A stretch of 29,089 bases of DNA, from positions 1 to 29,089 of IMG/VR virus record IMGVR_UViG_3300032257_000085; one strand, given 5' to 3'. Source of the DNA: a virus. Its lineage: Duplodnaviria > Caudoviricetes. Below are positions 18,867 to 25,363 of this stretch, in pieces. The first letter of the stretch is position 1. The number at the start of each line of letters is the position of its first letter. A program made the position numbers and the translations under genes. The notes under the pieces were generated by a model. That model saw nothing but the letters and a program-made list of their open reading frames with translations, ran no database searches and was not told the DNA's origin.

Positions 18867-19052
18867 ATGAGTTTAACACTACGACACGATGACAGCTTAA
18901 AAGTTGTATTTGTTGACAATAACGAAACTGGCGCAACTGATGATGTGTATATGTATGCTTTTTTGGACAATATAAATTTATATGAACCTGATTATGTATT
19001 TATCCCAAATCTATACGCGGCTTATCAATATTATTTGAAGATTAAGGAGTAA
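18867..19052 (+). CDS. hypothetical protein
   Basis: ATG 18867 with upstream AGGGA; tight gene packing. Confidence 0.5.
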   Translation: MSLTLRHDDSLKVVFVDNNETGATDDVYMYAFLDNINLYEPDYVFIPNLYAAYQYYLKIKE

Positions 19053-19056
19053 TGAC

Positions 19057-19161
19057 ATGAATAACAAAGACGACCAACTACTACAAGGCGGCTGCATGTT
19101 AGCTATCTTAATTCTGCTTCTGATCATAGTGGCTATTGTTAAAAAGGTTATGGGGTGGTGA
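19057..19161 (+). CDS. 34-aa single-TM membrane peptide (absent from ORF track)
   Basis: AAGGAG SD; MNNKDDQLLQGGCMLAILILLLIIVAIVKKVMGW. Confidence 0.55.
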   Translation: MNNKDDQLLQGGCMLAILILLLIIVAIVKKVMGW

Positions 19162-19162
19162 T

Positions 19163-19360
19163 ATGACTGATTTTCTAACAACAGAACAACAAGAAATGTT
19201 CGATACTGTTAAAGGTTTGAATACGGCTATTTCTGAAATAACACGAAAAATGCCAGAGAGTTCATGCCCAAAACTAAAAAGTGATTTACGAGATATTGCT
19301 GATCTCTCACAAAGTTTGCATATTATTTCAAGAATGCTTAATCATAGTGTTAACAACTAA
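19163..19360 (+). CDS. hypothetical helical protein
   Basis: ATG 19163 after GGTGA SD; tight packing. Confidence 0.55.
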   Translation: MTDFLTTEQQEMFDTVKGLNTAISEITRKMPESSCPKLKSDLRDIADLSQSLHIISRMLNHSVNN

Positions 19361-19371
19361 GGGGTAAGATT

Positions 19372-19647
19372 ATGAGTGATTATTTTGGAGCAGCTACCTT
19401 AGAAGATTGGTTAGCTGAAGAAGTATTTAATATCGACAATCAAGTACCTCCAGAAGTTGTCTCTTTATTTGAGAAGTGGAGAGAAGGAATTGAGGCAGAC
19501 ATCGAGAGCTGGATGGATAGTGATGACGGTGACGGATGCAGATCATGGAGAGGGTGGGGACGTGGATTCAGCTCTATCTCAGAAAAAGATAATAAAGAGT
19601 TTGAACTAGCAGTGATTAGAGGTAAGGATATAATCACACGCAACTAA
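19372..19647 (+). CDS. hypothetical acidic protein
   Basis: Strong SD AAGGGGT; 91 aa. Confidence 0.6.
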   Translation: MSDYFGAATLEDWLAEEVFNIDNQVPPEVVSLFEKWREGIEADIESWMDSDDGDGCRSWRGWGRGFSSISEKDNKEFELAVIRGKDIITRN

Positions 19648-19663
19648 GAGGTGAGTAGATAAC

Positions 19664-19903
19664 ATGAGTGATGACATTAAACCATGCAGAAATGATTACA
19701 GGATAGCTCTGAGTGGCGTTATTAATCATTTAAAGCTAACTGGTATTGCTAACGGGTTTGATAGCTTTGCAGACGCAATGTATAAGCTTGATATGTGGGA
19801 TTTTGTATTTAATCAGGCTGATGTTATGGCCTATAAAGAAGCGAGTATCAGACGGCTTTATAATATTTTGAAGCCAGGAATAAAAAACCCTGAATTGACG
19901 TAA
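19664..19903 (+). CDS. hypothetical protein
   Basis: GAGGTG upstream; 79 aa. Confidence 0.55.
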   Translation: MSDDIKPCRNDYRIALSGVINHLKLTGIANGFDSFADAMYKLDMWDFVFNQADVMAYKEASIRRLYNILKPGIKNPELT

Positions 19904-19923
19904 AGCCAAAACAGGGTTAGTAT
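19895..19923 (+). promoter_or_regulatory. sigma70 promoter
   Basis: TTGACG (19895-19900), 17 bp, TAGTAT (19918-19923). Confidence 0.7.
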
Positions 19924-19929
19924 TACATA

Positions 19930-20292
19930 TCGGCTGCATTTTGAGATGCGGTTGAACAGTAATTAAGTGGGGTTATACGATTCAACTGTGCCAATGGCGC
20001 AATTATACATCACAAGCCCCACTAATCAACTATTCAACCAATGACTTGAATGCTGCTGGTCTCGTATCTGTCAGTAGGGATGATTCACTGTTTCGAGTAA
20101 AAAAAGATCATGCAGGAGGGTTTGGTGGGTACTCTGTATGTTTTAAAGTAAGGGCATTGGAAATGTCGGGAACCCATAACTCGCAAGCGATGAACTGGCT
20201 CCATTAGGCAAATCGTAAAGAGAACAGAGCAGTTACCAGGCTAAATAGCTTTGTAATTGCCATAGGGTTCTCTTTGCTCAAAACTTCACCAT
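19930..20292 (+). ncRNA. candidate large structured non-coding RNA or leader
   Basis: Longest ORF-free gap in the window (~490 bp). Nested helices: 19950-19960/20029-20039, 19966-19974/20015-20023, 19987-20001, 20217-20225/20267-20275, 20229-20236/20253-20260. Several contain G-U pairs. Confidence 0.55.
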
Positions 20293-20394
20293 TTGACATA
20301 TAAAAGAAAAGAGCTAAAAGATTAAAAGATATTAATATAAGGCAGTTTAAAAGTAGTTCTGGTACATGATTAACAGCAAATAAGGGGTAGGATT

Positions 20395-20622
20395 ATGGAT
20401 ATGAATCAGTTTAGAAGAATGAGGGGTATGCCGTTTGTGAAAGTTGGAATGCGTGTTGAATATTTATTAGATGGAAGGCAGGGCAGGGTTTCAGGTGCAA
20501 ATACTAGCGAAAACCTTAATATTACTTTTGACGGAGAAAATTATAGCGTAAATTGTCACCCAAAATGGCAGATGCGATATTTTGATAAAGATGGAAATAT
20601 AATAAAAGAATACACCGATTAA
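20395..20622 (+). CDS. hypothetical SH3/KOW-like small phage protein
   Basis: VKVGMRVE...GRQGRV..AN...NL.ITFDG...NCHP.W pattern; strong SD. Confidence 0.6.
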   Translation: MDMNQFRRMRGMPFVKVGMRVEYLLDGRQGRVSGANTSENLNITFDGENYSVNCHPKWQMRYFDKDGNIIKEYTD

Positions 20623-20650
20623 CCACCCCTAGCCATTAAGAGGAAAGACA

Positions 20651-20842
20651 ATGAATATTTACCATGTAAAAACCGATTGTTGTGGTTATGAGTTAAACCA
20701 TGTTTGTGTAGCTTTAGATGATAGTTTTGTAAAAGCTTATTTTAGGGATGATAATATTGAATCAATAACTAGAATAGGAACAAGAATAGATAACTCAGTC
20801 GATGTTACCATCGTTAAAATAATAGCCAGTGAATCACTATGA
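20651..20842 (+). CDS. hypothetical protein
   Basis: GAGGA SD; 63 aa. Confidence 0.55.
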   Translation: MNIYHVKTDCCGYELNHVCVALDDSFVKAYFRDDNIESITRIGTRIDNSVDVTIVKIIASESL

Positions 20843-21003
20843 CAGAACCATCAAAAAAAGTACAAGATATATGCAACACCTACTATCCATTCGACTGTAA
20901 AAGTTGCCCTATAGTGAATGAATGCTTTGAATCACAATTTAAACGAGATCATATTGAAATTATTAACCAGGCAGCAAAAGACCTAAACAACAAAAAGAAT
21001 TAA
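20839..21003 (+). CDS. 54-aa Cys-rich protein (absent from ORF track)
   Basis: ATGA overlap with the upstream gene; C-x7-C-x2-CP-x4-C. Confidence 0.55.
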   Translation: MTEPSKKVQDICNTYYPFDCKSCPIVNECFESQFKRDHIEIINQAAKDLNNKKN

Positions 21004-21021
21004 CACAAGTGGAGAAGTGAA

Positions 21022-21258
21022 ATGAGTACAGGTTCAGTAAATACAATTGTTGGAAGAATCAAGATAGCACCCGTTAAATCACCAATAGCGGTTTTAATAA
21101 GTGACTCAGGCAGTAAATGGCGGCTTGATGCTGTATTTGCTGATACGGTAAAAACAAAAGAATATATAGAAAGCAATCCTGATTCGGTGGTTGGTGTTTT
21201 CAATAGAACCATGAATCTAACTGATGTTAAAAATACTTTAATGAAGGCCAGCGTATGA
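21022..21258 (+). CDS. hypothetical protein
   Basis: GGAG SD; 78 aa. Confidence 0.55.
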   Translation: MSTGSVNTIVGRIKIAPVKSPIAVLISDSGSKWRLDAVFADTVKTKEYIESNPDSVVGVFNRTMNLTDVKNTLMKASV

Positions 21259-21473
21259 ATATTGAATGCCCTATCTGTAAAAAGCAAATAGCGCGTGATT
21301 ATATGGGTATATCGGCCCATTTAAGACGTAAGGACCACAACTTAACAAAAGCCCAGGTAAAGAAGCACCGTGATCAAATGTTATACATCAAACCCGAAAC
21401 TGGCAGTATGAGCCGCAAGAAAGAAAACAAAGATATTGAAAGCGCATTAACCAAAAGCACCGGAATCAAATAA
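21255..21473 (+). CDS. C2H2-like zinc-finger protein
   Basis: ECPICKK...ISAHLRRKDH; ATGA coupling. Confidence 0.6.
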   Translation: MNIECPICKKQIARDYMGISAHLRRKDHNLTKAQVKKHRDQMLYIKPETGSMSRKKENKDIESALTKSTGIK

Positions 21474-21487
21474 TAATTGGATATATA

Positions 21488-21528
21488 TCAACAAATAAGT
21501 TGACAAGTAAATGGGTGTCGATTAGTAT
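21488..21528 (+). promoter_or_regulatory. second copy of the operator/promoter
   Basis: TCAACAAATAAGTTGACA (21488-21505) identical to 17711-17728; TTGACA, 17 bp, TAGTAT (21523-21528). Confidence 0.8.
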
Positions 21529-21572
21529 TAGAACCGTACATTTAACTTACATAATAAATAGGATGAAATAAA

Positions 21573-21755
21573 ATGAGACTATTACCTACATTAATTATTG
21601 CTGCAATTATATTAACTCCCTGGTTTTGGAATGCTGCAAAGTTTGCGAGTTGTGATTTTGAATCGGATTATAAATGCGAGGCAATTCATGGCATGGGGGT
21701 GGTCATACCGCCAGCAGCATTCATAACCGTTTGGTTTGATGATGACGGTAAATAA
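21573..21755 (+). CDS. small membrane protein
   Basis: TM, then W.WN..KFASCDF...YKCEAIHG.G, then TM. Confidence 0.6.
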   Translation: MRLLPTLIIAAIILTPWFWNAAKFASCDFESDYKCEAIHGMGVVIPPAAFITVWFDDDGK

Positions 21756-21771
21756 CAAACAGGACGAAGTA

Positions 21772-21963
21772 ATGGTAAAGCACATATTAATTTATTTCAT
21801 AATGAATTTAGGTGGTACTTTTAACACTGTTTCCGGAACCGCAGAGTTTGATTCTATTGATTCATGCAAGGCGGCTAGCAACAGAATGACCAACAGAGTT
21901 AAGTTCATGCGCGGAAAATATTTTAAAAAAGATGACGTAAATATTATGTGCATTAAGAAATAA
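21772..21963 (+). CDS. hypothetical protein with Cys pair
   Basis: Hydrophobic N-terminus; EFDSIDSCKAA...MCIKK; likely start ATG 21772. Confidence 0.5.
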   Translation: MVKHILIYFIMNLGGTFNTVSGTAEFDSIDSCKAASNRMTNRVKFMRGKYFKKDDVNIMCIKK

Positions 21964-21974
21964 AGACATAAATT

Positions 21975-22109
21975 ATGCGAACTGCAATTATTTTATTAAT
22001 ATTCATATTTACAATGTGTACACAATTTGCATCATGTGACTATGACTATGAACCAATGAAAGTAATCGATGGTAGTAAGCGACCAGGAAACCCGTTTAAA
22101 ACAAATTAA
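21975..22109 (+). CDS. 44-aa membrane/lipoprotein-like peptide (absent from ORF track)
   Basis: MRTAIILLIFIFTMCTQFASCDYDYEPMK... Confidence 0.45.
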   Translation: MRTAIILLIFIFTMCTQFASCDYDYEPMKVIDGSKRPGNPFKTN

Positions 22110-22118
22110 GGCAATATT

Positions 22119-22550
22119 ATGTCCAGAGGCGTAAACAAAGTAATATTAGTGGGTAACGTAGGTAAGGACCCTGAAACACGTTATACGCCTAGTGGTGTAG
22201 CCGTTACTAATTTTTCACTGGCAACAACTGAAACCTGGAAGGATAAAAATACAGGTGAAAGGCAGGATAGAACCGAATGGCATAACATCGTTATATTCGG
22301 AAATCTGGCAGAAATAGCGGCTGAATATGTTACTAAAGGTAAACAGCTTTACGTCGAAGGCGGTTTAACTACTGAAAAGTGGCAGGACAAAAGCGGCAAT
22401 GATCGTTACACCACAAAAATAAAAGTCATTGAAATGCAGATATTAGGGGGTAAGCCTAATAATCAACAATCAAGCAATCAAAACCAGAATCAACAGCAAC
22501 AGCCAGCTAATAGCGGCTCTGACGTTGGCGATGATGATATACCTTTTTAG
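22119..22550 (+). CDS. ssb: single-stranded DNA-binding protein
   Basis: [26 protein letters not shown], and C-terminal DDDIPF. Confidence 0.98.
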   Translation: MSRGVNKVILVGNVGKDPETRYTPSGVAVTNFSLATTETWKDKNTGERQDRTEWHNIVIFGNLAEIAAEYVTKGKQLYVEGGLTTEKWQDKSGNDRYTTKIKVIEMQILGGKPNNQQSSNQNQNQQQQPANSGSDVGDDDIPF

Positions 22551-22578
22551 CACTAAATTAACTTAACGGAGAAAGAAG

Positions 22579-22740
22579 ATGGAATTAAGCAAAGAGAGCG
22601 AAATCCGGCGAATGCAGGTATGGGTAGAGGCGTGGACAAAAACAGCTCAAAGTAATAGCTGCGTAAAACCAGATACAGCGACACACTATGCAGATGAATG
22701 CCTAAAAGAATTTGATACACGATTTAAAGAAAATGGATAA
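22579..22740 (+). CDS. 53-aa hypothetical protein (absent from ORF track)
   Basis: GGAG SD; MELSKESEIRRMQVWVEAW...ADECLKEFDTRF. Confidence 0.55.
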   Translation: MELSKESEIRRMQVWVEAWTKTAQSNSCVKPDTATHYADECLKEFDTRFKENG

Positions 22741-22753
22741 TATTTTTGATTTA

Positions 22754-22787
22754 TGGCGGGGCGTTTTGTAGTAGGGCGACCCCGCCA
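22754..22787 (+). terminator. GC-rich stem-loop
   Basis: TGGCGGGG-CGTTTT...AGGGCG-A-CCCCGCCA; no clear U-tract on the + strand. Confidence 0.4.
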
Positions 22788-22804
22788 CCTTATTAGGGTG
22801 ATTT

Positions 22805-23278
22805 ATGAACAGAAGAAACTTTATAAAATCAGTAGCTGCATTAATGGCGGGGCCAGTAGTGGCAAAAGCTAATTTATCGGAAGGGAGTCAAAAATTAAGC
22901 TTAGAGCCGGATCCGGTATTTTCTTTTAAAGGAAAAGAAGTCGAGCCTGAAACACGGCTTGAAAGCCATGAAAATATAGGCGGTATTTATAAAGGTAATA
23001 TTCTTGTTGCTGCCTTTAAAGATTGGAGGCTAACACATAGCCATAACGGTAATATCGTTTCATGGGAAATCGATGCCGATTTATATTTAGATTATATGGG
23101 GCTTAATTTATTTCCAAATGAAACATATCAAGTTAGGCTTTTTAATGGTGATATAGAGCGAACAGGAAGCGTTGTTTTATGGCAAGTATTTTATGAAATC
23201 GCGTGTACGGGTCATAAACAGTGTAGTTTAGAATTAAAAGGCATCGACGAATTAATGCAAACAATGAATGAAGGGTAG
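22805..23278 (+). CDS. Tat-signal protein 1; mature part tail-tube-like
   Basis: MNRRNFIK twin-arginine motif, short h-region, VAKA cleavage site. Confidence 0.6.
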   Translation: MNRRNFIKSVAALMAGPVVAKANLSEGSQKLSLEPDPVFSFKGKEVEPETRLESHENIGGIYKGNILVAAFKDWRLTHSHNGNIVSWEIDADLYLDYMGLNLFPNETYQVRLFNGDIERTGSVVLWQVFYEIACTGHKQCSLELKGIDELMQTMNEG

Positions 23279-23564
23279 AACACCAACAACCGTTGAACAA
23301 CGGTTTATGAGCAAGGTTGCTGAATTAGGGTGTATTGTATGCAGGAACAAATATAAGGTATTTAGCCCTGCTGCAATACATCACATTGAAGGCAAGACGA
23401 AGATTGATGCACATTTTATAATATTGCCCCTATGCCCTAAACATCATCAAACCGGGGGGTATGGGATAGCATTACACGCAGGCCGCGCCGAATGGGAAAA
23501 GCGATACGGAACCCAGGCAGAGCTACATTTACAGGTATTAGAGTTAATAGCAAACGGAGAATAA
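23268..23564 (+). CDS. Ref-like (RecA-dependent) HNH nuclease
   Basis: GCIVC...AAIHHIEG...AHF.ILPLCPKHHQ...WEKRYGTQ. Confidence 0.8.
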   Translation: MKGRTPTTVEQRFMSKVAELGCIVCRNKYKVFSPAAIHHIEGKTKIDAHFIILPLCPKHHQTGGYGIALHAGRAEWEKRYGTQAELHLQVLELIANGE

Positions 23565-23565
23565 A

Positions 23566-23757
23566 GTGATTTCAAATATAGAAAGCAAAATAGAAAGCAA
23601 AAAATTTTTACCGTTTTGGTGGATGGCGGCAGTTGAAATTTGTTTGATCATCACTGCTATATGGGCTTTGGCTGAATCAAAATACATTGAGTCAATATTG
23701 ATCGTTATTTTAATTGAGCTAAGAGACATTGTTTGGCAGTTAAGAACAGGAAATTAA
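23566..23757 (+). CDS. small membrane protein
   Basis: GTG start after GGAG; two hydrophobic segments. Confidence 0.5.
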   Translation: MISNIESKIESKKFLPFWWMAAVEICLIITAIWALAESKYIESILIVILIELRDIVWQLRTGN

Positions 23758-23778
23758 TAACAGTAAAAGGTGAATGGT

Positions 23779-23946
23779 ATGGCTAAATATAGTCCAAAAC
23801 AATTAAAAGAAATGGCACTTAAATTAATTGAAGCAAAAGAATCGAATGATTTTCGTTATCTGGAATTTTGTTTATCTGTATCGGTGAAAACAGGAAGCTT
23901 GCCCGAAGAAATCGAGAAAAGGATTTATGAGTATGCTAACAAGTGA
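23779..23946 (+). CDS. 55-aa hypothetical protein (absent from ORF track)
   Basis: ATG 23779 to TGA 23946, MAKYSPKQLKEMALKLIEAK...; stop overlaps the next start. Confidence 0.5.
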   Translation: MAKYSPKQLKEMALKLIEAKESNDFRYLEFCLSVSVKTGSLPEEIEKRIYEYANK

Positions 23947-24128
23947 ACAACAGCTATGAATATTTATTAGATTGCTTTGCCCGGAAAATAATATCAATGC
24001 CAGAGGGTAGAATGCAGTTATTTTTAAAGCGAATGACCAAGCATCACAATGATGAATTTATGGCTAATATGCGTGTTAGAATGGAAAAACAACGGCGATT
24101 AGCAATGCCTAAAAGGAACAGGTTATGA
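23943..24128 (+). CDS. hypothetical basic protein
   Basis: GTGA and ATGA overlaps at both ends. Confidence 0.5.
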   Translation: MNNSYEYLLDCFARKIISMPEGRMQLFLKRMTKHHNDEFMANMRVRMEKQRRLAMPKRNRL

Positions 24129-24367
24129 CACCAGAACAGGAAAAAAGGTTATTAGAGTTTAAGCCGTTTGATGCCTGGAACAATAATTGCTCTTTAACAA
24201 ACGCCGATTTTAAAGAATTATTATTTAAATATATTAAATTTGTTGGTGAAGCTGAGGGTGTTGATTATATTTGTGGTCATATTGACTTACGAGAGCATAC
24301 AGATACAAAATTTACTGATCAGGAATGGGAAGTATTAGTGAAATTATCGAAGAGGGCAAGAAAATGA
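24125..24367 (+). CDS. hypothetical protein
   Basis: 80 aa, translationally coupled on both sides. Confidence 0.55.
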   Translation: MTPEQEKRLLEFKPFDAWNNNCSLTNADFKELLFKYIKFVGEAEGVDYICGHIDLREHTDTKFTDQEWEVLVKLSKRARK

Positions 24368-24654
24368 ACAGAAGATCATTTCTAAAAAGAACATTGGCTG
24401 CGGCGGGTGTTATTGCGATGCCTGGATCGTTAAAGGCAAAGCCTGAAACGGTTTACGAAAAAACAACTGTTGAAAGCAAGTGGAAACGAGAACCAAAATT
24501 GATTTATGAATCTACACCAATATCACCAGACGAATCTAACTTTGGCGCGATATGGGTAGCAGAAAAAGGCGAGACATTTGTCAGAAAAGGTGATAAGTGG
24601 GTATCAACAACATGGCCTGAAATAAATAAAAACATTGTTCCACGTGAAACATAA
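24364..24654 (+). CDS. Tat-signal protein 2
   Basis: ATG 24364 (ATGA overlap); MNRRSFLKRTLAAAGVIAMPGSLKA. Confidence 0.65.
   Translation: MNRRSFLKRTLAAAGVIAMPGSLKAKPETVYEKTTVESKWKREPKLIYESTPISPDESNFGAIWVAEKGETFVRKGDKWVSTTWPEINKNIVPRET
24636..24651. promoter_or_regulatory. parS: chromosomal-type parS centromere site
   Basis: TGTTCCACGTGAAACA, an exact fit to the TGTTNCACGTGAAACA parS consensus. Confidence 0.8.
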
Positions 24655-24987
24655 ATGATAGAAAACAGTTTGATTAAAATAAAGCCGTTATCTGTCAATG
24701 TATGCTGGCAGGGAAAACGATTCAAGACACCTAAATACAAGGCATACGAAAGCCAGGTGTATCTGATGTTACCTAATATCGTAATACCTGATGGCGATTT
24801 AAAATTAAATATGACCATAGGGGTCAGCACAAAAGCGGCTGATTTAGACAATACAGCCAAACCCTTCATTGATATTCTTCAAAAGAAATACGATTTTAAT
24901 GATTCACGTATTTATCAGCTTGTAATGATTAAAGATATTGTTAAGAAAGGTGATGAATACATCGACTTCTACATTGAGCCGTACTAA
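24655..24987 (+). CDS. rusA: RusA-like Holliday junction resolvase
   Basis: PLSVN..W...T..Y..Y and DLDNTAKPFID.L...NDSRI motifs. Confidence 0.85.
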   Translation: MIENSLIKIKPLSVNVCWQGKRFKTPKYKAYESQVYLMLPNIVIPDGDLKLNMTIGVSTKAADLDNTAKPFIDILQKKYDFNDSRIYQLVMIKDIVKKGDEYIDFYIEPY

Positions 24988-25021
24988 GTTATAATCACGC
25001 TATAAACTCAATGGAACCCCA

Positions 25022-25363
25022 ATGAAATTAGGCAAAAAGCAAGAGTTGTTCATGCGTCTATTACCCAGGCTGATTGATAAGGCCCATAGTCTGGGCTTTG
25101 AAATAAGGGGGGGTGATCTATACCGTGACCCGAGTTTACATGGCGAATTTGGTAAAAAGGTTGGTTACGGGTCCAAAAATTCAAATCATAAATTAAAATT
25201 AGCGGTTGACCTCAATCTAATGAAGAATGGCAGGCTTGTTACAAGCACAAAAGGCCACGAAGAATTGGGTGAATGGTGGGAGCAGCAGCATGAATTATGT
25301 CGATGGGGCGGGCGCTTCAAAGACGGTAATCATTACTCTTTAGAGCATTGGGGTACGGCGTGA
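25022..25363 (+). CDS. endolysin, peptidase M15 family (L-Ala-D-Glu peptidase-like)
   Basis: SNHKLKLAVD (SxH...AxD Zn ligands) and WGGRFKDGNHYS. Confidence 0.88.
   Translation: MKLGKKQELFMRLLPRLIDKAHSLGFEIRGGDLYRDPSLHGEFGKKVGYGSKNSNHKLKLAVDLNLMKNGRLVTSTKGHEELGEWWEQQHELCRWGGRFKDGNHYSLEHWGTA

Noticed and set aside
19930-20292. tRNA, CRISPR array or C4-type antisense RNA in the non-coding gap
   Set aside because: No cloverleaf with a canonical T-loop, no repeat-spacer periodicity, no recognisable C4 motifs
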